This document shows positions 1 through 9,876 of a stretch of 64,000 bases of DNA, piece by piece. The notes under the pieces are model-generated. The model worked only from the letters and a program-made list of their open reading frames with translations. It did not search any database and was not told the origin of the DNA. Each line of letters begins with the position of its first letter. Within the stretch, counting starts at the first letter, position 1. Origin of the DNA: Candidatus Omnitrophota bacterium (GTDB lineage Bacteria; Omnitrophota; Gorgyraeia; Zapsychrales; JANLHA01); contig JANPFV010000106.1 in assembly GCA_031423615.1 (NCBI GenBank), positions 29 to 64,028 of the forward strand. Direction: 5' to 3'. The translations under genes were made by a program, and so were the position numbers.

Positions 1-1449
1 TTGATTGCGTCGCTCCTTTTGTTTCTAAGTGTCGTCGCCAGCAAAGTCTCCGACCGCCTGGGGGTGCCTGTCCTTCTTTTCTTTATCACGATAGGCATGC
101 TGGCCGGTTCAGAAGCCATCGGTGGAATTTATTTTAATGATCTTGGGATGGCCAAATCCTTAGGCACGATCGCCTTGGTCTTTATCCTTTTTTCGGGAGG
201 ATTTGATACGCAATGGAATGATGTCCGTCCCATTTTAGGTCCGGGGCTGATTCTTTCAACCGTCGGGGTTCTCATTACGGCGTTAAGTGTCGGCTGGTTT
301 GCAACCTATCTGCTGGGATTCTCGATGATGGAAGGTTTTTTATTAGGGGCGATCGTTTCTTCGACGGATGCCGCGGCGGTTTTTAATATTCTCCGATCCA
401 GCAAAGTGAAATTGCGCAATCCTTTACAGCCCCTGCTCGAATTTGAATCCGGCAGCAATGATCCCATGGCTGTTTTTTTAACTGTCGGGATTATCAGTTT
501 ACTTAAAAATCCCGCTCTCTCCCCCTTAAGTCTCGTACCGGTTTTTGTGACCGACATGGGAATCGGCACCATTACGGCCTATGTCTTCAGCAAACTGACT
601 CTTCTTATGATCAACCGGCTGAAATTGGACTATGAAGGACTTTATCCCGTCCTCATGCTGGCTTTAGTTTTTCTCACCTATTCCGTGGCCAGCGCCTGCC
701 AAGGGAATGGATTTCTGGCGGTCTATCTTTTAGGCATTCTTGTCGGTCAGCCCAACCTCGTGCATAAAAAAACGCTGAAAAATTTTTTTGAAGGGTTCGC
801 GTGGCTGATGCAGATCATCATGTTTCTGGCCTTGGGTCTTTTAGTTTTCCCGTCTAAAATCGTCCCGGTCATCGGAGTCGGATTGATGATTTCTCTTTTT
901 CTTATATTCGTGGCCCGGCCGCTGAGTGTTTTTCTCTGTTTGGCTTTCAGCAAAATGAATTTCCGCGACAAGACCATGGTCTCTTGGGTGGGCCTGCGCG
1001 GCGCCGTCCCCATCATTCTGGCCACCTTCCCGCTCTTGGCCGGAACGCAAAAAGCGGACATTATTTTTAATATCGTTTTTTTTATTGTTCTGACCTCGGT
1101 CCTTTTTCAAGGGACGACTTTGTCGATGGTGGCAAAACTTCTTAAAGTCGCGGCCCCTTTAAAAAACAAGAAAATCTATCCCATTGAATTCGAACATTCC
1201 GGAGAAATTGATGCCAACCTTGAGGATGTCATCGTTCCCTATAATTCGACGGCGGTCGGCAAAAGAATTTTTGAAACCAAAATCCCGCAAGGCTGTCTCG
1301 TGGTCCTCATTTCCCGCGACGACAAATTCTTTATTCCTAACGGATTGACCGAAATCCTCGGCGGGGATGTTTTTTTAGTGCTGGCCAATCAAAAAGATTT
1401 AAAAGACCTGCAAATCATTCTCAACGAACCTGTTTCTCCCGATGCCTAA
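1..1449 (+). CDS. K+/H+ (monovalent cation/H+) antiporter of the CPA1 type (NhaP2/CvrA-like) with C-terminal TrkA-C/RCK_C domain; 5' end may be cut by window edge (TTG at position 1)
   Basis: about 400 aa multi-TM core followed by soluble about 80 aa tail (RIFETKIPQGCLVVLISRDDKFFIPNGLTEILGGDVFLVL) typical of TrkA-C; overall architecture matches NhaP2 family. Confidence 0.8.
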   Translation: MIASLLLFLSVVASKVSDRLGVPVLLFFITIGMLAGSEAIGGIYFNDLGMAKSLGTIALVFILFSGGFDTQWNDVRPILGPGLILSTVGVLITALSVGWFATYLLGFSMMEGFLLGAIVSSTDAAAVFNILRSSKVKLRNPLQPLLEFESGSNDPMAVFLTVGIISLLKNPALSPLSLVPVFVTDMGIGTITAYVFSKLTLLMINRLKLDYEGLYPVLMLALVFLTYSVASACQGNGFLAVYLLGILVGQPNLVHKKTLKNFFEGFAWLMQIIMFLALGLLVFPSKIVPVIGVGLMISLFLIFVARPLSVFLCLAFSKMNFRDKTMVSWVGLRGAVPIILATFPLLAGTQKADIIFNIVFFIVLTSVLFQGTTLSMVAKLLKVAAPLKNKKIYPIEFEHSGEIDANLEDVIVPYNSTAVGKRIFETKIPQGCLVVLISRDDKFFIPNGLTEILGGDVFLVLANQKDLKDLQIILNEPVSPDA

Positions 1450-2018
1450 ACTTTTTTATATCGAAAACATTCCACCGTGTGGTCATTGACCATGCCAACG
1501 GCCTGCATGTGCGCATAAATAACCGTGGGCCCGAGAAATTTAAAGCCCCGTTCTTTGAGGTCCTTCGCCCACGCTATGGCCTCTGGCGTTACCGCGACAT
1601 AATCTTTCATGGTTCTAAATTTGTGCAGCAGCGGTCGGCCGCCGACCCACGACCACATATATTTTGAAAATGTTCCAAATTCCTTTTGCACTTTCAAAAA
1701 ACATTGCGCGTTAGCAATCGCGGCGGAAATCTTGGCGCGATTGCGGATGATTCCTGCGTTCTGCATCAGCCGGGCGTGGTCTTTTTCCGTAAAGCGCGCA
1801 ACTTTTTTATAGTCAAATTGAGCAAAGGCCTGGCGAAAATTTTCCCGTTTGTACAATACTGTTCGCCACGACAAGCCAGCCTGAAAAGATTCCAAAACAA
1901 GAAATTCAAAAATCTTTCGATCATCATAGACGGGAACACCCCATTCCTCGTCGTGATATTTAAGATACAACTCATCGTCGGCCACCGGCCAGCCACAGCG
2001 TTTCAATTCTTTTTTCAA
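1446..2018 (-). CDS. tag: DNA-3-methyladenine glycosylase I
   Basis: 190 aa; strong collinear similarity to E. coli Tag (CGW...YHDxEWGVP...LxLEsfQAGLSWxTVLxKRENFRxAF...GIIRnRxKI...FxxYxWSfV...GxTxxYahMQAvGmVNDH); stop overlaps antiporter stop region. Confidence 0.85.
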   Translation of the reverse strand: MKKELKRCGWPVADDELYLKYHDEEWGVPVYDDRKIFEFLVLESFQAGLSWRTVLYKRENFRQAFAQFDYKKVARFTEKDHARLMQNAGIIRNRAKISAAIANAQCFLKVQKEFGTFSKYMWSWVGGRPLLHKFRTMKDYVAVTPEAIAWAKDLKERGFKFLGPTVIYAHMQAVGMVNDHTVECFRYKKV

Positions 2019-3676
2019 ATCTTTTCCTCCCGTACGGTGGCTTGATCGACCGTATTTTCCGGATCAAGCTGCACCGCCGCATGAGGTTGGTCAAATACCG
2101 TTAAAGCCAAAGGAACGGTCACAAATCCCGCGTCTAAGGAAACTTCCTTTGTCTTTTCCATACGCACACGACGCGGATCAAGCTGCTCTTTGAGGACGGC
2201 ATCAAAAATAACCCTCGCCCGCGCTGAAGCCAGTTTATTTAAAGCTGTCTTATCCGGGAAAGATTCTTCGCTCAATTGACGACGAATTTCATAATTAAGC
2301 TTTTCATAATCGTATCCGCCCTTGATTTTAAACTGCTTTGAAAGATTCCAGAGTTTTCGAATTCCGTAATGACGCTGAAAAATCGTTTGTAAAACTCCGT
2401 ATTCACTGCGCGTACTTTCCTTTCTCAGCTTGGTATATTCCTTTAAAAAGCTATCGGCTTTTATGGCTTTCCAGTCACCGGACAAATTATAAGCGCCGGG
2501 GATTTCCAAAAGCAACAAGGGCCGATCCTTCAAGCTTTGAGACAAGAGCATCAATTTCTTTTCTTCCGACGACGACAACTCAGCCTTTCCCGGCAAAAAT
2601 CTCACCGTGCTTAATTCTTCCGTGGTGGCCTGTGGTCCAAAAAATGAACCTAAAACAGAAAATGGTTTTGTTACCAATTTGACAAAGAAATTATGGGTCG
2701 TCTGCCAGATCAAATGCGTATACTTAAATTGCGGATCCGCCATATCTCCCGAAACCGGCAAAGATATATTAATCACACCGTTTTGATCTTCCAGCAAGGC
2801 GACGGCCAGCGAAAAAGGCAAATTCAAAGCGTCTTGGCTTTCGACTTTATCGCCAAAAGTAAAACGTTGGATCACAATACGATGGGCGGCCGTCAATTTA
2901 TCTGCGCTGATATGATAGGTCGCAGTAAAATCCATCTTTCCATCCCGCAAACCGCGCCCCGTATATTTCCCGATATAGGGACTGAGGGGATTTAACAAAC
3001 CGTGTTCCAAAGTAAGATTAAAATCCAGGTCAAAGGGCTTAGCAAAGGGCTTAAAATGCGCTTCGCCTTTAATATCACCGCGATCATCAAGGATGGCCCG
3101 CAAGGTCACCATGGCCATCCCATCGGATGTGGTGGAAAAATTCTGAATCTTCATATGGATATCACTCAAAGCCGTCTTGAAGACGGGGCTTACGGTATGG
3201 TCATTAAATTCAATACGGCCATCGTCGATGAAAATTTCATCGATGACAACCAAAGGCGCAACACCTGTTTTTTTCTGCTGAGGGGCAAAAGGCGTGGGGA
3301 CCAAATCCATTAAAACGACCTGACCGTTTTTCAACATTTCTGCATGAATAAAAAGGCCTTTTAAATGGATACCTTGAATATGATATATTTTCTTTAACAA
3401 ACTGACAAAACTGATGTCGACGCTCAGACGTTCAAAACCTAAAATTTCTTGCCCCGCGCCATCCTGCACGTGTAAACCGAAAATATTAAAACGCCATAAA
3501 ACAGGATTGACGGATACACTTCCAACCTTGGCGTAGAAATTGTGATTTTTTTCCACATAGAGGCCGATCAACCGGGGGACAACGAGAGGGATGATAATCC
3601 AGCAGAAAAAGAAATATAAAATAACGACGCCGTACAAGCTCTGAACGAGGATTTTGAGAAATTTCTTAAAACTCAT
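2015..3676 (-). CDS. DUF748/AsmA-like protein, N-terminal membrane anchor
   Basis: 553 aa, one N-terminal TM helix then long beta-rich region; recalled resemblance to DUF748 family; 4-nt overlap with tag. Confidence 0.45.
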   Translation of the reverse strand: MSFKKFLKILVQSLYGVVILYFFFCWIIIPLVVPRLIGLYVEKNHNFYAKVGSVSVNPVLWRFNIFGLHVQDGAGQEILGFERLSVDISFVSLLKKIYHIQGIHLKGLFIHAEMLKNGQVVLMDLVPTPFAPQQKKTGVAPLVVIDEIFIDDGRIEFNDHTVSPVFKTALSDIHMKIQNFSTTSDGMAMVTLRAILDDRGDIKGEAHFKPFAKPFDLDFNLTLEHGLLNPLSPYIGKYTGRGLRDGKMDFTATYHISADKLTAAHRIVIQRFTFGDKVESQDALNLPFSLAVALLEDQNGVINISLPVSGDMADPQFKYTHLIWQTTHNFFVKLVTKPFSVLGSFFGPQATTEELSTVRFLPGKAELSSSEEKKLMLLSQSLKDRPLLLLEIPGAYNLSGDWKAIKADSFLKEYTKLRKESTRSEYGVLQTIFQRHYGIRKLWNLSKQFKIKGGYDYEKLNYEIRRQLSEESFPDKTALNKLASARARVIFDAVLKEQLDPRRVRMEKTKEVSLDAGFVTVPLALTVFDQPHAAVQLDPENTVDQATVREEKI

Positions 3677-3739
3677 GGCAACATTCTAGCATTGGGAATA
3701 CGGCCTGTCATCAAATGCAAGAATTTTAAAAACAGTTTC

Positions 3740-4204
3740 TTATTCACCAAAAAGGATCATCAAGGTCTCACGACGGAATTCAAAAATCTTGTTCAATTCC
3801 TTCTCGATGATGTGAGTATTAATCCACGGCATCCAATCCTGAAAGGGGACCCGATAGGTGATGGTATCGACCATTTCAATTCCCCCCAGAACTTCTTTAA
3901 ATTGATGTAAATGGTGCCAGTACGTATATGGCCCTTGCCGTTGTTCATCAACAAATTGACAGGGAGCGTTAACATCCCTGATTTCTGAAACCCACTTAAG
4001 AGGCAACCCTAGAAAAGGCTTGACCTGGTATTCGATGACAAGACCCGTGGAAATCTTTTCCGGGGCGTCACTCAGGATACGAAACCCCAGGGTGCCCGGG
4101 GTGAGCCGCGGCAAATTGCGGGGATTAGAAAAAAATCTCCATGCGTCATCAATTGGGATGGGCAAAAATTGCGTGCGGATGAATTTATAATCCGGGGTTT
4201 TCAT
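3740..4204 (-). CDS. SRPBCC superfamily (polyketide cyclase/dehydrase-like, START/Bet v1 fold) protein
   Basis: about 155 aa, sequence pattern of cyclase/dehydrase COG4276-like family; start ambiguous (ATG at 4204 or GTG at 4231), 5' end overlaps ABC-F 3' end by about 20 nt. Confidence 0.6.
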   Translation of the reverse strand: MKTPDYKFIRTQFLPIPIDDAWRFFSNPRNLPRLTPGTLGFRILSDAPEKISTGLVIEYQVKPFLGLPLKWVSEIRDVNAPCQFVDEQRQGPYTYWHHLHQFKEVLGGIEMVDTITYRVPFQDWMPWINTHIIEKELNKIFEFRRETLMILFGE

Positions 4205-6116
4205 CGTTGACTTCTGAAGGATCAATTTCACGGGACGATTCTAAATATTCCCAACGCTGATAAAGCTTAAGTAGTTCTTCGCCGATGGCCTCGACGCGGG
4301 CCTGGGCCTCGCCGACGTCTTTAGGATCTTTTTGATAAAAAGCGATGTCTGCCAAAAGAGCATAAATCTTTTCCTGATCACCTTCAAGTTTTTGGATCTG
4401 CTGGGGCAAAAGTTCCAGCTCTTTTTGTTCTTTATAAGACAACTTGCGGGTGATAATCGGCTTTTGCAAATCTTCTGCAATCTTGTCAGCCTTAGCTTTG
4501 GGTGCGGTTTTTTTCTCCGTGGTCTGGCTTTGCGCTAACCAATCGTCGTAACCGCCGGCATATTCATAAATTTCTCCTTGACCTTCCAGAACAATCGTCG
4601 ATGTCACCACATTATTTAAAAAAGACCGGTCATGGCTGACTAAGATCAGCGTGCCGGAATATTCCATGAGCAACTCTTCCAAAAGTTCCTGCGTTTCAAT
4701 ATCGAGATCGTTGGTAGGTTCGTCCATGACAAGAAAGTTCGACGGAGTCGTAAAAAGCCGGGCTAGAAAAATACGATTCCGCTCTCCGCCGGATAAAACC
4801 TTGACCGGCGTGCGGGCCCGGTCCGGAGTAAATAAGAAATCCTGCAAATATCCTATAACGTGCCGGGGCTTGCCATTGATCGTGATTGTATCGCCGCCTT
4901 TGGTGATGTTCTCGATGACGGTTTTTTCTTCATCCAATTGCTGGCGCATTTGATCATAATAAGCAATCTCCAAGTTCGTTCCCAAACGGACCTTTCCTTT
5001 GCTAGGGGCCAGTTGTCCCAAAAGAATACGCAGCAGGGTCGTCTTACCCGAACCATTAGCGCCAATAACGCCGATCTTGTCCCCGCGCATGATCTGGGTC
5101 GAGAAATCACGGATGATGGTTTTATCGCCATAACTGAAACCCAAATTGGAGGCCTTGATGACCAAGTGCCCTGAAGCTTCCGCTTCGTGCGATTGAATGC
5201 GGACTTTGCCGATCTGTTGGCGTTGAGTCTGTTTTTCTATACGCATCCGTTCCAGGGCTTTGACGCGGCCTTCATTACGCGTCCGACGGGCTTTGACACC
5301 TTTGCGGATCCATACTTCTTCCTCCGCCAGCTTTTTATCAAACTCCATGCGCTGGACCGCTTCATTTTCCAAAGCCATTTGTTTACGCAACAAAAATGTC
5401 TGGTAATCGCAGGCCCAGCTAAAAAGTTTTCCGCGGTCAAGTTCAAGAATGCGCGTCGACAAATGCGACATAAACATACGATCGTGAGTCACAAAGAACA
5501 ATGTGCCGGGATAATTTTTAAGAAAACCTTCCAGCCAGTTGATGGTATCGATGTCTAAATGATTGGTGGGTTCATCGAGCAACAAAATGTCAGGTTTAAG
5601 GATCAGGGCCTTGGCTAAAAGGGCGCGGCGTTTTTGTCCGCCGGACAAGGTCGCAAAATCGGATTCGCCGTCCAGGTGCATTTGCGTTAGAACGTTTTCC
5701 ACCTCGGCATTGAGGTTCCAGCCGTTGGTTTTATCGAGCTCCACCTGCACCCGGTCTAATTCCCGCATAATGTCGTCAGAATGATCGGTGTACATGCGGT
5801 GGGTGATATGGTGATACTCGCTGAGAATCTTAGCGCGCTCCCCCAGACCGGCAAAAACAACATCAAAAACCGTTCCGGTGATGTCATGCGGGACTTCTTG
5901 GGGTAAATGCGTGACCTTAACCCCTTTTTGAAAAGACATCTCTCCGCCGTCGATCTCGATTTGACCGGCCATGACCTTCATCAAGGTGGTTTTGCCTGTC
6001 CCATTGCGGCCCAGCAAAGCAATACGTTCGCCAGGCTCGACCTGCAAACTGAGCTTGTCAAAAACTAAGGGCCCGCCGAAGGCGAGAGTGATTTCCTGGA
6101 GACTGATTAAAGCCAT
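4185..6116 (-). CDS. ABC-F family ATPase (two tandem ABC domains, C-terminal coiled coil), Uup/YheS-like
   Basis: 643 aa; two Walker A (GRNGTGKTT, GANGSGKTT), two ABC signatures (LSGGQKRR, LSGGERNR), linker between domains, K/E-rich coiled-coil tail as in Uup. Confidence 0.85.
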   Translation of the reverse strand: MALISLQEITLAFGGPLVFDKLSLQVEPGERIALLGRNGTGKTTLMKVMAGQIEIDGGEMSFQKGVKVTHLPQEVPHDITGTVFDVVFAGLGERAKILSEYHHITHRMYTDHSDDIMRELDRVQVELDKTNGWNLNAEVENVLTQMHLDGESDFATLSGGQKRRALLAKALILKPDILLLDEPTNHLDIDTINWLEGFLKNYPGTLFFVTHDRMFMSHLSTRILELDRGKLFSWACDYQTFLLRKQMALENEAVQRMEFDKKLAEEEVWIRKGVKARRTRNEGRVKALERMRIEKQTQRQQIGKVRIQSHEAEASGHLVIKASNLGFSYGDKTIIRDFSTQIMRGDKIGVIGANGSGKTTLLRILLGQLAPSKGKVRLGTNLEIAYYDQMRQQLDEEKTVIENITKGGDTITINGKPRHVIGYLQDFLFTPDRARTPVKVLSGGERNRIFLARLFTTPSNFLVMDEPTNDLDIETQELLEELLMEYSGTLILVSHDRSFLNNVVTSTIVLEGQGEIYEYAGGYDDWLAQSQTTEKKTAPKAKADKIAEDLQKPIITRKLSYKEQKELELLPQQIQKLEGDQEKIYALLADIAFYQKDPKDVGEAQARVEAIGEELLKLYQRWEYLESSREIDPSEVNDENPGL

Positions 6117-6200
6117 AAGGGTATACTCTACACCAAGACCTCACTTTTTTCCACTGGATAAAAAACGTGGGGAATTCTTGGGGTATGATAAGATATTTTT

Positions 6201-6395
6201 ATGTCCCTTGAACAACACGAAGAATTTTTGTGCCCTTACTGCGGAGAAATCAATACTCTGCTATTGGATTTGACCAGCGGCCAGCAACAAAAATTTGTGG
6301 TGGATTGCGAAGTGTGCTGCTCACCGATTGTCGTAGAAGTTCAAATGCGAGGGGACCACATCAGCAAAATAAACGTTAGGCCGGAAAATGAATAA
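6201..6395 (+). CDS. CPXCG-motif cysteine-rich small protein (zinc ribbon)
   Basis: 64 aa with CPYCGE ... CEVCCSP; matches the CPXCG family. Confidence 0.6.
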   Translation: MSLEQHEEFLCPYCGEINTLLLDLTSGQQQKFVVDCEVCCSPIVVEVQMRGDHISKINVRPENE

Positions 6396-6404
6396 ATTTA
6401 CCCC

Positions 6405-6797
6405 TCACTTTTTTTTGACCGGCGCGGGGCTTTTCTCGTCTTCCAAAGCGCGGGCAATCTTGGTCTGCAATTCCGTAAAACCTCGGGATTTATCATGATA
6501 ATCGTAAGCGTTGGGGATCATTTCCTTCTGCTGCTCAATAGGGTAGACGCTAATGACAATAATTTTAATTTTCGGATCGTACTTGCGTATGACGTCGTTA
6601 AGTTTTTCGCCGCCTCGTCCTTGCATGCTAATATCCAGCAAAATAAGGTCAACTTTTTTTGTAACCATGATTTCCGCGGCATCCCAGGCATTTCCCGCCT
6701 CCAGAATATCAAAATGAGTCTGGCAAGAAGCCGTGAGCGTTTTACGGTAAATATCCCGGATAGGTTTTTCATCATCAACAATCATAACACTTTTCAT
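6405..6797 (-). CDS. stand-alone response regulator receiver (CheY-like REC domain only)
   Basis: MKSVMIVDDE...DLILLDISMQ...KIIVISV motif set; second ATG (6797) has GGGACGGGGAAAG SD-like sequence, first ATG (6827) has none. Confidence 0.8.
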   Translation of the reverse strand: MKSVMIVDDEKPIRDIYRKTLTASCQTHFDILEAGNAWDAAEIMVTKKVDLILLDISMQGRGGEKLNDVIRKYDPKIKIIVISVYPIEQQKEMIPNAYDYHDKSRGFTELQTKIARALEDEKSPAPVKKK

Positions 6798-7015
6798 GAC
6801 TTTCCCCGTCCCTTTGAGTTCCTTCATATGTACTGTTAGCCCACTTTTAATTTAATTCTATTTGCAAAATAACAAAATGAAAATTAAGAGACCATTAATT
6901 TCTCAAAAACGTATTAACTTAATTTTAACCTTCTCTTAATTTGATATTGTTTATTATATTTATAAATATCCGTTTGAGTAAATTCTCCGGCTCAAAAAAA
7001 AAGGAGTTTATAACC

Positions 7016-7825
7016 ATGCAAACCTATCTGCGCTCAAACTGGCTTAACTGCCGCAATCTGCTGGAAAATAAAACCGTGGCTCTTTTTTTGGATTTTGACG
7101 GAACATTGGCGCCTCTGGCTGCCACTCCACAGCAAGCCGAAATTACCCCTCGGAACAAAGTCATTCTAGAAAACCTGGCCCAGGCCAAAAATACCAAAGT
7201 GGCCATTATCAGCGGACGGGAAGTCAAAGACCTCAAGGCCAAAATTGGGGTCAAAGACATTATTTACGTCGGAAATCATGGGCTGGAAATGGCGTGGGAT
7301 TTTATCAACTTTGAAAGTTTTATTCCCCCCGAAGCGCGGCAAGCCACGAATTCCATCAAAGGAGAACTGGCGCGCCGCCTCTCTTTGATTAAAAATATTA
7401 TTATCGAAGATAAAAAACTGACACTCAGCGTCCATTATCGATTGGTCGATGATAAAGATTGGCCGCAACTCATGAAAATATTTTTCGAAGTCTGCCGCCC
7501 TTATCTGATCGATAAAAAAATCCGCATTTGTACCGGGAAAAAAGTCCTTGAAGTCCGTCCTTATGCGCCCTGGGAAAAAAACCATGCGATTTCGTGGCTT
7601 TTAAAAAAATATCAGGAAAATGAAGAAAAAAAGATTTTTCCAATTTTCGTCGGAGATGACAAAACCGACGAAGTCGCCTTTTCTCAACTTAAAGATAATG
7701 GCTTGACCGTTATTGTAGGAAGAGAACCTTCCCTGGCGCAATATTACGTTAATGACACGACCGAAGTGACTTGGATGCTGGAAGAAATTCTTAAATTATC
7801 ACTCCGGGAACTGGCCCCCGTTTAA
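7016..7825 (+). CDS. otsB: trehalose-6-phosphate phosphatase (HAD-IIB)
   Basis: LFLDFDGTLAP (HAD motif I), ...GDDKTDE (motif IV), overall OtsB pattern; AAAGGAG SD 8 nt upstream of ATG 7016. Confidence 0.8.
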   Translation: MQTYLRSNWLNCRNLLENKTVALFLDFDGTLAPLAATPQQAEITPRNKVILENLAQAKNTKVAIISGREVKDLKAKIGVKDIIYVGNHGLEMAWDFINFESFIPPEARQATNSIKGELARRLSLIKNIIIEDKKLTLSVHYRLVDDKDWPQLMKIFFEVCRPYLIDKKIRICTGKKVLEVRPYAPWEKNHAISWLLKKYQENEEKKIFPIFVGDDKTDEVAFSQLKDNGLTVIVGREPSLAQYYVNDTTEVTWMLEEILKLSLRELAPV

Positions 7826-9637
7826 ATGAAAAATTATGATTACGGTTTAATCGGTAATTGTACCAGCGCGGCCCTGGTCAATGCCGATTGCAGCATCGAT
7901 TGGCTGTGCCTCCCTTTTTTCGATTCCCCTTCCCTTTTCGCACGTATTCTTGATGAAAAAAAAGGCGGACATTTCAAAATAACCGGTGTCGATATCCTTC
8001 GTACCAGCCAAAACTATGTTTATCATACCGCGATTTTGAAAACGACATTCGAGACCAAGGATGGAATATTTGAAGTCAGTGATTATATGCCCCGTTTCAC
8101 GACGAGCCTGGGAGGGATGTACTGCCCTTCAGAAATCCAGAGAGACATTCATGTCATCTCAGGAACACCCAAGGTTATCATTGAGTTTTTTCCCCGTCCC
8201 CACTACGCGGCGAACGAAGTCCTTTTCATTTATCATGAGGACTTCTTAAAAATCACTTCCCCAAAGGAGTCTTCCATTAGTTTTTATCTTTACAGCAACC
8301 TCGACTTTAAGAAAATCGTCGCGGCTGAACCCCTCGAGCTTAAAGAATCTTCTTACCTGCTTTTGTCCTATCACGAGAAACTCGAACCGATTGATCTTTA
8401 CAAAATTTACGTTGAGTATGAAAAAACCAAAAGCTATTGGCTCGGGTGGTCTTTTCGCACCAAATTGCCGGCGCGATATAAAGATATTGTTGTCCGCTCG
8501 ACGATCACTCTCAAACTTTTAACCTATGAACGCACCGGTGCGGTCATTGCCGCGCCTACGACCTCTCTGCCGGAAATCATCGGCAAAAACCGCAATTGGG
8601 ATTACCGCTTCTGCTGGGTTCGCGACGCCTCCATGATCATCGACCTTTACGCACGGCTGGGTCATTTGCGGTTGGGGGAACGTTTTCTGGGTTTTATTCT
8701 CAACCGTATGCTTTTGAAAAATGACAACATTGCCGTTATGTATGGCATCAACGGCGAGCGCAATCTCGAGGAGAAAACGCTCGAATATTTAAGCGGCTAT
8801 GAAAATTCTCAACCGGTGCGGATCGGCAATGATGCTTACCGGCAAAAACAGAATGATCTCGCGGGCGCACTGATCGAAACTATTTATACCTATTTTTTCA
8901 CAATCACCCATGAACCCGGTTATCTTGATGAAGAAATTTGGACGGTCGTACGCACACTGGTCAACGAAGTCACCCAAAGCTGGCAAGAACCGGACAGCGG
9001 GATTTGGGAACGGCGGGGGCCGCCCGAACATTATGTTCACTCTAAAATGATGAATTGGGTCGCCATGGACCGCGCCGGCAAGATCGCCAAGTTCCTCGGA
9101 AAAACAGCGTATTCTGAAAACTGTTTTCTTCTCGCCGCTAAAATCAAGGCGGACATTCTGGTCCGAGGATGGAGTGAAAAAAAACAAGCCTTTACCATGG
9201 CCTATGGCACAGAAAATATGGATGCGGCCAATTTATTGATGCTCCATTACGGTTTTCTTAAACCCGATGATCCCCGAATGATCAGCACGGTACGCCAAAC
9301 TTATAAAGATCTGGCGAAAAATAATTTGCTGTTTCGCTATACCGCCGAAGATGACTTCGGTGTTCCCGAAAACGCCTTTATCGTCTGCACCTTTTGGATG
9401 ATCAATGCGATGTATTTGATCGGAGAAGAAAAAAAAGCCCGCGAAATGTTTGAGAACATTATGAGTTGTGCGAACCGTCACGGACTTTTTTCCGAAGACG
9501 TAGAAATGGCCACCCGGCGATTGACCGGAAACTTTCCGCAGGGATATTCCCACCTCGCTTTCGTTCAAACCGTGCTTTTACTTGAAACCGCTTACAATTG
9601 GAGCGATGCTTTTAAAGACCGCGCCGATAAACAATAA
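7826..9637 (+). CDS. glycoside hydrolase family 15 (glucoamylase/trehalase-type (alpha/alpha)6 enzyme)
   Basis: 603 aa; N-terminal YGLIGNCTSAALV... and C-terminal catalytic region WxRDA / EExxxxxGxFxE-type pattern characteristic of bacterial/archaeal GH15; ATG 1 nt after otsB stop. Confidence 0.8.
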   Translation: MKNYDYGLIGNCTSAALVNADCSIDWLCLPFFDSPSLFARILDEKKGGHFKITGVDILRTSQNYVYHTAILKTTFETKDGIFEVSDYMPRFTTSLGGMYCPSEIQRDIHVISGTPKVIIEFFPRPHYAANEVLFIYHEDFLKITSPKESSISFYLYSNLDFKKIVAAEPLELKESSYLLLSYHEKLEPIDLYKIYVEYEKTKSYWLGWSFRTKLPARYKDIVVRSTITLKLLTYERTGAVIAAPTTSLPEIIGKNRNWDYRFCWVRDASMIIDLYARLGHLRLGERFLGFILNRMLLKNDNIAVMYGINGERNLEEKTLEYLSGYENSQPVRIGNDAYRQKQNDLAGALIETIYTYFFTITHEPGYLDEEIWTVVRTLVNEVTQSWQEPDSGIWERRGPPEHYVHSKMMNWVAMDRAGKIAKFLGKTAYSENCFLLAAKIKADILVRGWSEKKQAFTMAYGTENMDAANLLMLHYGFLKPDDPRMISTVRQTYKDLAKNNLLFRYTAEDDFGVPENAFIVCTFWMINAMYLIGEEKKAREMFENIMSCANRHGLFSEDVEMATRRLTGNFPQGYSHLAFVQTVLLLETAYNWSDAFKDRADKQ

Positions 9638-9667
9638 AAAACCCTCGGCCCATTCTTCACCGAGGGG
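9636..9667 (-). terminator. Rho-independent terminator (bidirectional-capable hairpin) downstream of the small basic-protein gene and GH15
   Basis: CCCTCGG(9643-9649)-10 nt loop-CCGAGGG(9660-9666); on minus strand followed by UUUUUUUA (rc of 9635-9642). Confidence 0.6.
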
Positions 9668-9686
9668 AGAGTTATATTCCTTAGGC

Positions 9687-9863
9687 CTATGACTTCTTTT
9701 TGGGAACCTTGGCTCCCTTGGCCCGGGCTTCGGAAAGTCCTATGGCCACCGCCTGACGAGGATTGGTCACCTTCTGCCCGCTGCTGCTTTTTAAGGTGCC
9801 TTCTTTATAGCGGTGCACAGCGCTTTTCACCATGTCTTGGGATTTTTTTCCATATTTTGCCAT
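9687..9863 (-). CDS. small basic protein, DUF6496-like (MAKYGKKSQ...AIGLSEARAKGAKVPKKKS)
   Basis: 58 aa from ATG 9863 with AAAGGAGA SD; the longer track ORF (to 10007) would overlap the aldehyde dehydrogenase gene and has no SD. Confidence 0.45.
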   Translation of the reverse strand: MAKYGKKSQDMVKSAVHRYKEGTLKSSSGQKVTNPRQAVAIGLSEARAKGAKVPKKKS

Positions 9864-9876
9864 AACGTTCTCCTTT

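Noticed and set aside
306-1110. Antisense ORFs inside the antiporter gene (306..572, 747..1061, 841..1110) and similar 60-170 aa shadow ORFs on the strand opposite most large genes
   Set aside because: They are fully embedded in confidently assigned coding regions. Basic/low-complexity translations are typical of frame-shadow ORFs. They lack an independent RBS.
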